Shown here: in pieces, positions 1-10,084 of the stretch | Layout: each line of letters opens with the position of its first letter | How positions within the stretch are numbered: the first letter of the stretch is position 1 | IMG/VR virus record: IMGVR_UViG_3300050119_000088 | Location: 32,001-96,000 of that record | Source of the DNA: a virus | Taxonomy: Duplodnaviria; Caudoviricetes | DNA: 64,000 nt | Strand: one strand, 5' to 3' | The notes under the pieces: generated by a model | What the model was told of the DNA's origin: nothing | The model's input: only the letters and a program-made list of their open reading frames with translations | Databases searched by the model: none | Translations under genes and position numbers: made by a program

Positions 1-283
1 TATTTTGAGCATGCGTTGCTTGTCTCAAGTTATGTCTTTGATTGTTCAATCCATTTAAGTCTCTATGATCTATAAGACCATACATTCCAAATGCTTCTGC
101 AATCAATGTATGTAAGTAAATCATACGCCCTTTTCTATATCTTGTTTCCCCTTTGAACATATTGCGAACCGCATAAATCATATCACCTTTTCGGCAAGCA
201 AACCATCTGTAGTCTTGTGTAATGTTAGTGTCGATTTCATCAATCAATACTGATTCACCAGAATATAGTCGGAAGCTTACCAT
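1..283 (-). CDS. HNH homing endonuclease (partial, runs off window edge)
   Basis: Hand translation from ATG at 283: MVSFRLYSGESVLIDEID...IYLHTLIAE...IDHRDLNGLNNQRHNLRQATHAQN, same HNH motif as neighbouring paralogues. Confidence 0.85.
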   Translation of the reverse strand, partial: MVSFRLYSGESVLIDEIDTNITQDYRWFACRKGDMIYAVRNMFKGETRYRKGRMIYLHTLIAEAFGMYGLIDHRDLNGLNNQRHNLRQATHAQN

Positions 284-362
284 GTAAAGCTTGTCCAATC
301 CAATCAAGGGCCAATAACAATGTAGCCTTCCTCTTCATTGTACCATAGAAATAATCCGGGTG

Positions 363-818
363 TCAATACGAATCTTCGATTCGTTCCATCGCACTGATTG
401 GATTGGGGATCATAGCAAGGAATGTAAAGTGATCTCTTGCTTGTGAAAGCTTTGTATGAGGACAAAGATTCTCTGTTGTAATATGTGTAATGTTTTCGAT
501 TGTGGTAAGCATTGCACGCATTTCAACAACATAGTGTGTCCCGAATGTATTGTTGATCCAACGAACGAAATAATTCCAACCATCTAAGGGAACGAAGTCA
601 TTTTCAATCGTTTGAGTTTTCTTGACTTGTTTGGTTTCGTGAGTTGATTTCGCAATCACTGTGCTCAATTGTACAACAAGTTCATTTGCAGTATGCTCAA
701 AATAAGAATTCAATTCAACAGGATTGGGAAAACGTAATTGTTCTTCTGAGATACGAACACCAGAATAACAACGAATGCGTTCAATTGCAATATTCACTAC
801 ACCATTGTCTTTATTCAT
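363..818 (-). CDS. hypothetical protein
   Basis: 151-aa ORF in the coding direction, ATAG/ATGA-type packing with upstream gene. Confidence 0.6.
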   Translation of the reverse strand: MNKDNGVVNIAIERIRCYSGVRISEEQLRFPNPVELNSYFEHTANELVVQLSTVIAKSTHETKQVKKTQTIENDFVPLDGWNYFVRWINNTFGTHYVVEMRAMLTTIENITHITTENLCPHTKLSQARDHFTFLAMIPNPISAMERIEDSY

Positions 819-1017
819 TCTAATATCCTTGGTTTTCCTGTGGTCTCATTCTTCTTACATAGCTGATCGTATAAGCTACAATGTAGTTCAATAACTTTCC
901 AGCCGGATCTTGATAATCCAGCCAGCTTCGAAGCAAAGTCGTTCATCGTTGACGCTTGCCCAATCACTTGGGTCGTGCCGAACTCGTCCTTTGCACCGAA
1001 GCTGGCCATGAATCTCC

Positions 1018-1593
1018 TTAGTATGCGTTGAACGTCCAATAGGCTCCGCTCGCTGCGATCCCAATCATGCTGATTGTGGGATCAAGCAAGGCATCTTGGT
1101 GTGCAGGTGATGCCATCCACATGGGCCAGACTGTTTGTGCGGCACCCATCCCCGCATTCTGCCTGCGAGCATAGCCCATCACATGATGACCCATGCCAAA
1201 AGCGTGTTGTTGTCCGTTATTGACTGCTGCCCAACCTGAAAGATTGGCGTCGTATCCAACGGCTCCTCGACCGTATTGGCCACGAATACCATTCAACCAG
1301 GCAAGGAAACCGTATGGATCGCCGTAAGCGATTTGAACTGGTTCAGGTTCGTAAATATGATAGGGAACGTACTTCCCCTTCAAGTCGCCTTCGAGAACTT
1401 CTGCTGCTTCTGCCCAACGTTGCTTGTTCCGCAAGAACGTGAGCTTGACCGGACCTTGTTTGAACTCAGGTCGGCGAAGAGTCCATTCTCCGTTCTTCTC
1501 TGTTTCTCCCGGATTGGGAGCCGTTTCGACTTGCGTCTTCTCCGAGGGTGATTGTGCAATCAACAACGACGCCAAGATCAACGATGAAATCAT
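1018..1593 (-). CDS. secreted CAP (SCP-like) domain protein
   Basis: Hydrophobic signal peptide; C-terminal LNxxR...W MxSPAHxxALL...IGIA...YWT CAP signature. Confidence 0.8.
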   Translation of the reverse strand: MISSLILASLLIAQSPSEKTQVETAPNPGETEKNGEWTLRRPEFKQGPVKLTFLRNKQRWAEAAEVLEGDLKGKYVPYHIYEPEPVQIAYGDPYGFLAWLNGIRGQYGRGAVGYDANLSGWAAVNNGQQHAFGMGHHVMGYARRQNAGMGAAQTVWPMWMASPAHQDALLDPTISMIGIAASGAYWTFNAY

Positions 1594-1659
1594 CCATTCC
1601 TCCGTGGTGTGATAATGGCTTACACCATTATCAGGTGAGAATCCAGATTGACACTATTA

Positions 1660-1866
1660 TCAATCCAGATTATCCTTTAAGACGTCCAGTGCTGCAACCA
1701 ACAACACTGAACGCTTTGTTCCGCAGAATCTTTTCACTGTTTGTTCACATTGTTGATAGGTGCAATCACCATTTCCAGTGATTGAAACAATCAATTGTGC
1801 CAGTGACGCTGCGGTTTTACAATTAGATAATCCTTCTTGAAAGAGCCCTCGTAGATCAGTAGTCAT
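1660..1866 (-). CDS. hypothetical protein
   Basis: 68-aa ORF with GAGG RBS. Confidence 0.5.
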   Translation of the reverse strand: MTTDLRGLFQEGLSNCKTAASLAQLIVSITGNGDCTYQQCEQTVKRFCGTKRSVLLVAALDVLKDNLD

Positions 1867-1892
1867 TACATTGACCTCACACCATCCTGGTG

Positions 1893-2117
1893 TTACTTTG
1901 ACATAACCTCATAGATGCCATCAGCAGCGATAGCAACTGTCACCGGGACCATACAAAGGCGAGGATCGAAATCCATACCTTGTAAGTGTTTTGACGCATC
2001 TTCCACGTTGGCAAATAATCCAACGGGAGTTTGGAACCAAACTTCAAAGGCAAGGATTGGATGTTCCTTGCCTCGAAGCGTGATTGTACGCTCAGGTAGA
2101 TTGTACATAGTTGCCAT
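1893..2117 (-). CDS. hypothetical protein
   Basis: 74-aa ORF in operon direction. Confidence 0.5.
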   Translation of the reverse strand: MATMYNLPERTITLRGKEHPILAFEVWFQTPVGLFANVEDASKHLQGMDFDPRLCMVPVTVAIAADGIYEVMSK

Positions 2118-2129
2118 CGCGTTCGTAGA

Positions 2130-2681
2130 TCACCCGAGGAGCATACTCAGAATGCCCATGAATCGGCTCTTGCTCTCCGCAAGCCGAGCCGCATCGGAAA
2201 GCTTCTCAAACGTCTCCCGATCGAGTTCAGCGAACCGAACGGCCTTGACGTTGTGCTTGCCTTCCGAGAGCACGTCGCCATTGGATCGAGCGACAAACTC
2301 CCACATGCTGATAGCGTAGCCGAGGCAAGCAGTGACCTCATCAACGTCGCCGTCTGAGTTTTCGAGCGTGACGTACATCGCAAAATATTTCCACTCAGTC
2401 GGCAGTTCAGGCATACTTCGACCAACCCGCCACTTGCAGTCGCACTTGCGACAGACAATCGGCTCGTCATCGACCGTGATGAGATTGTTGATAGTGGTCG
2501 GCTTGTCAGAATCATCATACTGGAGACCGTAGACGTGGAACTTGTTGCCACAATGGCATTCGACGCGAGTCGTGACATCAGCGACATCAAGGATCGTCAT
2601 GTTGCCGATCTTGATCGGAGTGTTCATTGAAATAGTCCTCGTTCGATTTGAATAATCAGTCGTGCCGATGCTCAATGACAT
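2130..2681 (-). CDS. hypothetical protein with possible Zn ribbon (CHC...CRKC); real start probably MNTPIK
   Basis: ORF track; GAGG RBS precedes the internal ATG. Confidence 0.55.
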   Translation of the reverse strand: MSLSIGTTDYSNRTRTISMNTPIKIGNMTILDVADVTTRVECHCGNKFHVYGLQYDDSDKPTTINNLITVDDEPIVCRKCDCKWRVGRSMPELPTEWKYFAMYVTLENSDGDVDEVTACLGYAISMWEFVARSNGDVLSEGKHNVKAVRFAELDRETFEKLSDAARLAESKSRFMGILSMLLG

Positions 2682-3141
2682 TCAATTGAGCAAACTCTTT
2701 GAATAAGTTGATTGCCGCAATGTTGTACGCTTCAGCTGCACAACAATCATAATCAAAATAGCCGAGTCCTTGTCCATGATTGTCAACTGTAATTTTCGCG
2801 ACCCATTGTTGGGTTCGTGTATACCAGCTAACACCTATGTATGGACTTGTGTTGCCTGAACTATTCTTATTGCGACTATTTTGTTGGTTTGTCGCAATTC
2901 TAAGATTCGTTCTTTGGCAATCTAGTCTATTAAGATTACGGTGATCAACTTGTCGGCCTGGAATCCAAATACCCATTGATTTTGCAATTTCAACATGCAA
3001 ATAAATATGGGTATTTGTTGCCTTGTGTCCGCGTCGAGCATATTTATCTGTGCCAAATGACCAAAGCCATTGTGCATGATAATTATAATCAAGTTGGTCA
3101 AGCAAGACTTCCTTGCCTCGTGTTAATAAGATACGAGCCAT
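2656..3141 (-). CDS. HNH-AP2 homing endonuclease
   Basis: VDHRNLNRLDCQRTNLR...N HNH motif plus AP2-like YIGVSW...WVAKI...LGYF...AAEAYN. Confidence 0.9.
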   Translation of the reverse strand: MARILLTRGKEVLLDQLDYNYHAQWLWSFGTDKYARRGHKATNTHIYLHVEIAKSMGIWIPGRQVDHRNLNRLDCQRTNLRIATNQQNSRNKNSSGNTSPYIGVSWYTRTQQWVAKITVDNHGQGLGYFDYDCCAAEAYNIAAINLFKEFAQLNVIEHRHD

Positions 3142-3359
3142 TACTGCTCCGGCTCGAATTCAAGGGGCTCCCAACCGTTGTCTTCTGCCGCGACCATCCA
3201 TGAAAGCTTATCATAAGCTTTGGCCACCGCCTCCTGAAGTGCTACCGTGCGATCAAGTCGATAGGCCCTGCAAGCAATGACATACTCTCTTGCAGCGGCG
3301 GCGATGGCATCCTTGTACTCCAATATCAATTCAGATTCTCCGATCCTGGCAATCTCCAT
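3141..3359 (-). CDS. hypothetical protein
   Basis: 72-aa ORF, TAATG coupling to the HNH gene. Confidence 0.5.
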   Translation of the reverse strand: MEIARIGESELILEYKDAIAAAAREYVIACRAYRLDRTVALQEAVAKAYDKLSWMVAAEDNGWEPLEFEPEQ

Positions 3360-3553
3360 TCGAGATTATTACGCCGATTATCGTGAACGTTACCGTTCTT
3401 GTAAGCAAGACGGTGCTCTGGTGTTGGCCTTGGACGACCGTGTTTGGTGAGTATCATCTCACCCATCAGGAGACAAATCCTTTTGTCATCCTGAGTAACA
3501 ACAGTGTAGATGTAGTGCTTGCCCTCCTCAAGCTCTGGCGGAATAATCAGCAT
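3326..3553 (-). CDS. short degenerate HNH-like protein
   Basis: PRPTPEHRLAYKNGNVHDNRRNNLEW resembles the HNH core with the catalytic His position occupied by Tyr. Confidence 0.5.
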   Translation of the reverse strand: MLIIPPELEEGKHYIYTVVTQDDKRICLLMGEMILTKHGRPRPTPEHRLAYKNGNVHDNRRNNLEWRLPGSENLN

Positions 3554-3563
3554 ACATCCTTCC

Positions 3564-4055
3564 TCAAGGGATCTGATTGAGATAAGCAAATTCGCCAAAT
3601 AAACGAATTGCAGCATCATTGTAAGCTAATGCAGCTTCTTCTGGTGTGTCAAAGTAACCCAATCGTGTCTTGTGTCTTTCATAAATAATAGTTGCAATAA
3701 ATTTTCTAGTTCTCGTATCGAATTGAACACCTTTGTAGCCAGTCCTATTATTTGATCTGAGACCAGTATTATAATTGTTTTGTGTATATGTAGCGACTCG
3801 CAAGTTGTATCTTTGATTATTCAATGTGTTACGGTCAGTATGATCAACCAATCTACCAAAGATTGGAAGATCCATTCTTTCTGCAATTACTCTAGCAAGA
3901 TAAATAATTTGTTTGCTAGAGCCTATTCGTTGTGACCTCGTGATATACGTTCGATTCTTAATAATATTTGTATTCCAACTGTGACGATCGACGACATCGA
4001 AATCGATGTCGTCGATCAGGAAAATATGCCCACTGCTTGCAATAATCTCTCTCAT
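3564..4055 (-). CDS. HNH-AP2 homing endonuclease
   Basis: VDHTDRNTLNNQRYNLR...N plus GYKGV...LGYFDTPEEAALAYN. Confidence 0.9.
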   Translation of the reverse strand: MREIIASSGHIFLIDDIDFDVVDRHSWNTNIIKNRTYITRSQRIGSSKQIIYLARVIAERMDLPIFGRLVDHTDRNTLNNQRYNLRVATYTQNNYNTGLRSNNRTGYKGVQFDTRTRKFIATIIYERHKTRLGYFDTPEEAALAYNDAAIRLFGEFAYLNQIP

Positions 4056-5581
4056 TTTTCTCCTGGCTCTTTGAGAATAGTATACAACTCCTGCTGGCTG
4101 CGGGTAATCATAACAAACAGAAGATTCTTCTCCTGTTTACGAGCGCGGTCAGATTTCGCTCGAGGGTGCGGGCAGAGATCCCGTCGCAGCAAGAACACCC
4201 TCATTGCTTCAAGACCTTTCGCCTTGTGCCCCGTCATGAAGGTGACGCCATCGCTGTTCTGATCGCTGAAGACTCGTTCGATCTTCAAGATCAACTGTGC
4301 GACGAAATCGCACTCTTCCGCAAGAGCTTCAAGTGTGTCGCATTTATCAGTCAACGCCACCAACTGCTCGTCCTTGCCCATTGCCTCGAAGCGTGCGGAT
4401 TGCTCTCCTCGGTAACGGCCAAGATCATTCAGAAGTTTCTGAATGTCGCTGATTGCTGGTTGTCTGCCGCTTGCAAGGTCATTGTAGTCCCGCTTGAGGG
4501 AGAACTTGTTCTGATGGATCTTCTCAATCAGGTCGACAAGGCCATTGCCGAGATCACGACCCTTGACGCTCGCCTTGCGACCCTGGCGGATCAGTTGAAG
4601 GCAACGTGTGACCAGCGGTGCCGTTGTGCGGCAGAGAACGAAATCTCCATCACGAACATCTGTCAGGAACTCTTGTGTGGTGATGGTTGCCACAATCCCT
4701 TTGCCGTTGGGATTGGGAACCGGAGCCTCGATGTTCGGATTGATCTTCTTCGCTTCCGCGATCACGTCGTCCGGGCAGCGGTAGCAGATTGGCAATGGCA
4801 ATGCGGTGGCCTTGAGCATGGCAGCCGCATTCCGCAGTGCATCCGAATCTGCTCCTCGAAATCCGTAGATGGCTTGCCATTCGTCGCCCACGATGGCGAC
4901 TCGACCGGCCGATCCGAGGCGTCCGACGAACTCGATCTGAACCGGACTGAGATCCTGTCCTTCGTCCACGATCACCCAATCGTAGTACGGCAGCGGGCTG
5001 TTGCGATAGATCGGCTGGAAGAGCTGATCGTCGTAATCCATGCTGTGCGTCGTGTTGATCGTCTCGTCGTAGACGCCAGCGAGGATCATGTCGAAGCGAT
5101 CGTGCGGGCCGAAGGGTGGGATCTCAATTCCGCAGAGATCCGCCACATCCATGTAGCCTTCAGTATCATGCTTGTTAAAAGCACGAAGAGCCGAGACCAT
5201 CCGAAGCACGGTGCCGCGAACCTTCCAATATCGCGGGGCATCGAATTCGGGATTGCAGATCGTCTTCAGAATCTTGTCGACCTTGTCTTTGACAAGCACG
5301 ACGCTTCGATTGATGCTCTCCCGGCAGACACTCCAGCCCGCCGAATTGAGCGTGCTGGATTGTACATGCCTCGGAACCTTTGTCTTCAGCGTGGCTGCAA
5401 TAGCTGAATTGAAGGCCAGCATAATAATCTTGTCAGTCGTCGGAAGTTGACTGGCGAGTTCAACCATCGTGGTTGTTTTGCCGCTGCCCGGACCTGCTTC
5501 TATTATCAGGTTGCCTGGTTGTTCCGTCGGAAAACGGAAGATAGCTTGTTGGTAGTGTGACCACTGGCGTTCGATTGTCAC
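4052..5581 (-). CDS. UvrD/Rep-like SF1 DNA helicase
   Basis: Walker A AGPGSGKT, DEGQD, VGDEWQAIYGFRGA, TGHKAKGLE, FVMITR. Confidence 0.92.
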   Translation of the reverse strand: MTIERQWSHYQQAIFRFPTEQPGNLIIEAGPGSGKTTTMVELASQLPTTDKIIMLAFNSAIAATLKTKVPRHVQSSTLNSAGWSVCRESINRSVVLVKDKVDKILKTICNPEFDAPRYWKVRGTVLRMVSALRAFNKHDTEGYMDVADLCGIEIPPFGPHDRFDMILAGVYDETINTTHSMDYDDQLFQPIYRNSPLPYYDWVIVDEGQDLSPVQIEFVGRLGSAGRVAIVGDEWQAIYGFRGADSDALRNAAAMLKATALPLPICYRCPDDVIAEAKKINPNIEAPVPNPNGKGIVATITTQEFLTDVRDGDFVLCRTTAPLVTRCLQLIRQGRKASVKGRDLGNGLVDLIEKIHQNKFSLKRDYNDLASGRQPAISDIQKLLNDLGRYRGEQSARFEAMGKDEQLVALTDKCDTLEALAEECDFVAQLILKIERVFSDQNSDGVTFMTGHKAKGLEAMRVFLLRRDLCPHPRAKSDRARKQEKNLLFVMITRSQQELYTILKEPGEK

Positions 5582-6069
5582 GATCCGGACTCCTCAATAA
5601 AGTGTTCGCAAGGCTCGACAATATTCAAGACGGCAAACTCTTTGAATATGTTGATTGCAGCATTGTTGTAAATTCGTGCAGCACAATGCTTGCATCGAGA
5701 ATACCCCAACGGATTAGTTACATTGTGTGAAATAATACGAATCTGCCATTGTTGTGATTTCATCTGCCATTTCACACCAATATAACCACTTGATCCACGT
5801 TGCGTTTCTCGATTGACCGTGGTTTGTTGTTGTGTTGCGACTCTTAAGTTTTGACGGCGACAATCAAGTTTGTTAAGATTCTTGTGATCCACTTCAAGTC
5901 CCGCAATCCATATCCCCATATCCTTTGCAATTTCAACGTGCAAGAAGATATTTTTTCCGTTCTGCTTTCTAATAGCATAGCCACTATATCGCCACAAATA
6001 AATGGCATGCTTGGCATAATCAATTTCATCAAGTAAGGCTTCTTTGCCTTGGGTTAATAATATACGCAT
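5578..6069 (-). CDS. HNH-AP2 homing endonuclease
   Basis: MRILLTQGK...VDHKNLNKLDCRRQNLR...GYIGV...CAARIYN. Confidence 0.88.
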   Translation of the reverse strand: MRILLTQGKEALLDEIDYAKHAIYLWRYSGYAIRKQNGKNIFLHVEIAKDMGIWIAGLEVDHKNLNKLDCRRQNLRVATQQQTTVNRETQRGSSGYIGVKWQMKSQQWQIRIISHNVTNPLGYSRCKHCAARIYNNAAINIFKEFAVLNIVEPCEHFIEESGS

Positions 6070-6247
6070 GCCCAATCCAATCAGGTTGCCGTTCCTTGTT
6101 AGAAACACTGGCAAACCTATTGTACCATGATTCAGCCCGACCATACAATAGGATTTGCGATAGTGGCCGAATAATGAGAATTAAAAGAAACATGCCAACT
6201 ATTGATTGGATTATCAATCTACATGAATACCTTTTGACTCCAAATAG

Positions 6248-6541
6248 TTACAATCCATGTAATCGTCCATGATATTGGATTGTAAAAGCTTCTCCGAGAT
6301 TCGGATTATAAAATTCCTTTTGAATAATGTCTTGTTGTCGGCAAATTTCTGTCCATTCGGCCATTGTTATCCGGCCTTCAGGTTTGGCTCCTCGACCAAG
6401 AATCTCAAGAGCAGTCTCAACGCCTTTGGATCTTACCAAGCAGCTATTGAATGTTGTGATACATTGCTGACAAGGAAGATTCTCACCGCGATGTAGCTCA
6501 CAGTATCCTTGGCCCCAATGCCACTTCTCAGAATCAATCAT
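6248..6541 (-). CDS. hypothetical protein
   Basis: 97-aa ORF, ATGA-type overlap with the upstream ORF. Confidence 0.5.
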   Translation of the reverse strand: MIDSEKWHWGQGYCELHRGENLPCQQCITTFNSCLVRSKGVETALEILGRGAKPEGRITMAEWTEICRQQDIIQKEFYNPNLGEAFTIQYHGRLHGL

Positions 6542-6736
6542 AGTTGTGGCTTTCGTGTCCGCCAGGTTTCCATCTTTTGCAATTCAGTAATTCGCTCACG
6601 CATTTGCTGTACAGTTGTACAATTCTTACCAGATTCATTGATCTGTTTGAGGTTAGTAAGATGATGCTTGATTGACGCAATCCGATCCTTTGGAATGCGT
6701 TCATTCAATTTAGTCAACATATCGTCACTTGCCATA

Positions 6737-7306
6737 TTATCTCCGAATGATTGCCACGAGCTTGATACCAGCAGCCTTACAAGCCTGATAACGCATCCAA
6801 CCGTCAACGAGATAATACTCCTGATCCAAGATCAAGGGCTGTGTGTATTGATGTTCTTGTGCAGAGATCGTACCAGCAGAGAAACTGGCCCTTCGATCCT
6901 TCTGACTTGGACGAATCCGAATCATCTCAATATCAATGACTTCAACTCGCTGTCGATTGGCAGGAGCAATCTTTTGACAATCGAGACAAGTGCGAACGGT
7001 AGTTGGACCAATCATCTCAAGCGTCGTGTGCTTGATCTGTTTGCAATTTTCGCATTGCTCGTTGTCACGCGGAACCCATTCATCTGGCATATCACACCTA
7101 ATAATTGGGACGTAAGTGATACCTGATTCTAAATAGGCTCGATACCGCATCCAGCCTGCAATAAGATTGTACTTGTCATCGATCGTAATAGGAAGCGGTG
7201 TTGTTAAAATAGTTTGCTTTATGCGTTCAAGATCCGCATAAATTTGTCTTCTTTCGCTTCTACGTTTGTGAATTCGGATTCTTGAAATAAGTATGTATTC
7301 GATCAT
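6737..7306 (-). CDS. protein with two tandem ParB/Srx N-terminal domains
   Basis: Repeated PITIDDKYNLIAGWMRYRAY and PLILDQEYYLVDGWMRYQAC (GxxR motif), joined by a CxxC...CxxC linker. Confidence 0.7.
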   Translation of the reverse strand: MIEYILISRIRIHKRRSERRQIYADLERIKQTILTTPLPITIDDKYNLIAGWMRYRAYLESGITYVPIIRCDMPDEWVPRDNEQCENCKQIKHTTLEMIGPTTVRTCLDCQKIAPANRQRVEVIDIEMIRIRPSQKDRRASFSAGTISAQEHQYTQPLILDQEYYLVDGWMRYQACKAAGIKLVAIIRR

Positions 7307-7773
7307 GACTCTTGGAAATAATCAAAAGTTGCTGTCCAATAATCATTGCCATCCGTGCCAGTTGATGATCCCAATCCAACGAGATCATAACTACCAAGCA
7401 TATTAGCCCGGTGTGGTGGGCTGTTGATCCATTGCTGGACAACATCCTGTGCATCCGTGTATTGATTGTATTCAACGTTTTCGGCCGCTGCTGTGTTCGG
7501 ATGTACGGCTTCAATACGTTGAGCAAAACCATCGTGATCAATACGTTGCTGTCTTGCCATGTCAACAGAATGGGCTTGTGCTTGTGCAGCTAAGCCAGGA
7601 TCGTATGCAAGTTGTACGAGACCCTTGCTTTTACGAAACGTATTGATCTGTTGAAATACTTCAGTGACTAACGATTGCGGGAGCGGGCTCGGTGGCGTCA
7701 CCGGGCTTGGTGGCGTCACCGGACTCGGTGGGCTCGGATGCCATAGATTGTGCCACCATTGCCAAGGGTTCAT
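7303..7773 (-). CDS. CAP (SCP-like) domain protein with Pro-rich N-terminus
   Basis: INTFRKSKGL...AQAHSVDMA...HDGF...AENV...WINSPPHRANML...YWT. Confidence 0.88.
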   Translation of the reverse strand: MNPWQWWHNLWHPSPPSPVTPPSPVTPPSPLPQSLVTEVFQQINTFRKSKGLVQLAYDPGLAAQAQAHSVDMARQQRIDHDGFAQRIEAVHPNTAAAENVEYNQYTDAQDVVQQWINSPPHRANMLGSYDLVGLGSSTGTDGNDYWTATFDYFQES

Positions 7774-8029
7774 TGGTTAGTCCCTCAAACATATGATACA
7801 AAACAGTGCCGAACGTAAATGACGTGACATACATCATGTCATCCGGCACTATTTGTCCGTATGTGAAACATTGAAAATTCCGTGTCTCCATTGGATTGGC
7901 ATAATCGCCAAGGAAATGGAGAAGCACATGCCACTTATCATCCTCTAAGGAAAGGATATGTGATCCTTGTGGCATGGCTATACTGAAAGGAAAACTCTGC
8001 GTAATCTGTACACGAGCAATAGATTGCAT
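7661..8029 (-). CDS. hypothetical phage protein
   Basis: IAMPQGSHILS...YHMFE pattern common in small phage proteins; C-terminus overlaps the next gene. Confidence 0.5.
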   Translation of the reverse strand: MQSIARVQITQSFPFSIAMPQGSHILSLEDDKWHVLLHFLGDYANPMETRNFQCFTYGQIVPDDMMYVTSFTFGTVLYHMFEGLTNEPLAMVAQSMASEPTESGDATKPGDATEPAPAIVSH

Positions 8030-8030
8030 A

Positions 8031-8231
8031 TTAGTGCATCTGCATCCGAATAAAGTTGATAACGATGATCCCGACGACCAACAACACCACGATTCCTGCA
8101 ATCCGATATGCGATTTCAGGAATCGGAAGTTTCATTGCCCGGATGATCATGTACGCAATGCCGCAAATGGCTGCCGCACACAGCAGCCAAATTGCCAATC
8201 CACCAATGTCGGCCGGAAGTACCATGATCAA
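8031..8231 (-). CDS. small membrane protein (2 TM)
   Basis: Two hydrophobic stretches in 66 aa. Confidence 0.6.
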   Translation of the reverse strand: MIMVLPADIGGLAIWLLCAAAICGIAYMIIRAMKLPIPEIAYRIAGIVVLLVVGIIVINFIRMQMH

Positions 8232-8719
8232 CTCCTATGTTCGCAAGGTTCAACGTTGTTCAGAATCGCAAATTCCTTGAAAGCATTGATAGCAACTCTA
8301 TCCCGTTCGATTGCAGCACAATGCTTGCAGTTAAATGTGCCTAGACTAATTGTAATTCTATTCAACCTAATATGAGCTTCCCAACATTGTGTTGTTCCAT
8401 ATCGACGAACACCTAAATACCCGCTCTCTCCTCGTTGGGTTTCTGTATTTGCATTGTTTTGTTGTCTTGTTGCCATTCTTAGATTTTGACGTTGACAATC
8501 AAGCTTGTTACGATTCTTATGATCAACTTGAAGTTCTGGAATCCAAATGCCCATATCCTTGACAATTTCGACATGCAACAAAACGATTTTTCTGTCTTCA
8601 ACTCTACGAGCATAGCCTCCAGTAATGTCCTTTTTGTAATACCAAAGCTTCTGTGCTTGCTTGATATAATCAATTTCATCAAGCAAGACTTCCCGGCTTT
8701 GTGTAAGCAAGATTCTCAT
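8228..8719 (-). CDS. HNH-AP2 homing endonuclease
   Basis: VDHKNRNKLDCQRQNLR...N; GYLGV...LGTFNCKHCAA. Confidence 0.9.
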   Translation of the reverse strand: MRILLTQSREVLLDEIDYIKQAQKLWYYKKDITGGYARRVEDRKIVLLHVEIVKDMGIWIPELQVDHKNRNKLDCQRQNLRMATRQQNNANTETQRGESGYLGVRRYGTTQCWEAHIRLNRITISLGTFNCKHCAAIERDRVAINAFKEFAILNNVEPCEHRS

Positions 8720-8728
8720 TGAAATATC

Positions 8729-9115
8729 CTACTTACAATGCTCGTCAATATACGCTTCCAGTCGCGTGATCCAGCCGTGGCCGCTCAATACGATTGCATG
8801 AATCTCAGACCAAGGGCGAGATTGCAACTGCTTGTATTGTACCATGTTCACTCGTGAGCCTTGAAACAAAGCCCACAAGGATGTGTATGTTCTTGAAGCC
8901 ATTTCAGCTTCGGCTTGTGCAGCACGAAGTTTGATAGCTTCTTCCTCGTTATAAACGAGTTCGAGATTGTCAATATGGATGATCTGAAACCAAAGCCAGA
9001 TGCCATCCTTGAATCGCTTGAGGCAATCATCCTTCATGGCTTGGAAGTCATCGCCTTTATACTGAAATGATTCCCAGCCACGGCAATCATTCTGTCCTGC
9101 AAGGACAATATACAT
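8729..9115 (-). CDS. hypothetical protein
   Basis: 128-aa ORF with GGAG RBS. Confidence 0.55.
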   Translation of the reverse strand: MYIVLAGQNDCRGWESFQYKGDDFQAMKDDCLKRFKDGIWLWFQIIHIDNLELVYNEEEAIKLRAAQAEAEMASRTYTSLWALFQGSRVNMVQYKQLQSRPWSEIHAIVLSGHGWITRLEAYIDEHCK

Positions 9116-9135
9116 ACGATCTCCGATTGGAATAA

Positions 9136-9534
9136 TCAGTCTTCGATCACGATACCTTCTTGTGAATGGAACTCTTTGTCATACAATGCAACGGCTTCAC
9201 CCTCATTGATCTCTGCGATCTGACAAAGAGAATTCAATCGTCGATGGATGATCTTAATGGTTTCCACGAGAGTAAGCTTGCAATAGCCAGTTTTCTTGCA
9301 ATGGTTCCAGATGATCGGGACAGTCGTCGGGGCATATTCATGGTGTGTGACGTAGTGGCCTTGTTCCTGAACCTCAATGCGAACCGCCCATGACAATTCC
9401 TCACTGTCGCAATCAACACTAATGACGACATCGAATCTCTCATTATAAAAGTGAAGAAGCCATTCAAGTTCGCTCTTGACAAAATGCTCTTCTTCTCCAA
9501 GAGAATCGTGTTGTTCTTGTACAATATTCCGCAT
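9136..9534 (-). CDS. hypothetical protein
   Basis: 132-aa ORF, TAATG coupling. Confidence 0.55.
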   Translation of the reverse strand: MRNIVQEQHDSLGEEEHFVKSELEWLLHFYNERFDVVISVDCDSEELSWAVRIEVQEQGHYVTHHEYAPTTVPIIWNHCKKTGYCKLTLVETIKIIHRRLNSLCQIAEINEGEAVALYDKEFHSQEGIVIED

Positions 9535-10070
9535 TAGGGTCGTAGCCTCTGGTGTAAATAAGGTAATCCGCTTGCCACAAGCGAATAGTTGCTATTCCAT
9601 ATCCTTGGATAAAGAATGCCGCGACCACCACCTACGTTGAAAGCATCAATATTCTTATCCCAATCATCGATCAGGATACTATTCGGTGTAGCTAGGAAAT
9701 GTTTGGCGGGGCCGAGTAGAAAATTGTCCAGATATTCTGGAAGATTCTTCTCAATCCAACCGATCTTTCCACCTGCACCTTTGGAATGGAAACCAACATA
9801 ATACGGTGTACGTGAGATCAGACAAATATCTTTCTTGTCGAAACACGATTCGATGATTGCCAGGATCTCTCTACCATCCGGCATGAATGGTAGATCAACC
9901 CAAAACTGTTCTGTCATACCGTCCCAAAATCTTTCGATTGGGAAATCATACACTGTAGGCATATCATATATGCCTACAGGCCACGGCTTATTTAACGTGA
10001 TACCATGTAACTTTTCCCAACCAGAAATGAAATTGACGAGCACACCATCAAGATCAACAAGACATCTCAT
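9534..10070 (-). CDS. HAD-family 5'(3')-deoxyribonucleotidase
   Basis: DLDGVL motif I, K..WIEK, LIDD..KN motif IV; start taken at MRCLVD. Confidence 0.85.
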   Translation of the reverse strand: MRCLVDLDGVLVNFISGWEKLHGITLNKPWPVGIYDMPTVYDFPIERFWDGMTEQFWVDLPFMPDGREILAIIESCFDKKDICLISRTPYYVGFHSKGAGGKIGWIEKNLPEYLDNFLLGPAKHFLATPNSILIDDWDKNIDAFNVGGGRGILYPRIWNSNYSLVASGLPYLHQRLRP

Positions 10071-10084
10071 ATGTATTCCTATCA

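Noticed and set aside
4166-5407. 413-aa plus-strand ORF
   Set aside because: Antisense shadow of the GC-rich UvrD gene, no motifs
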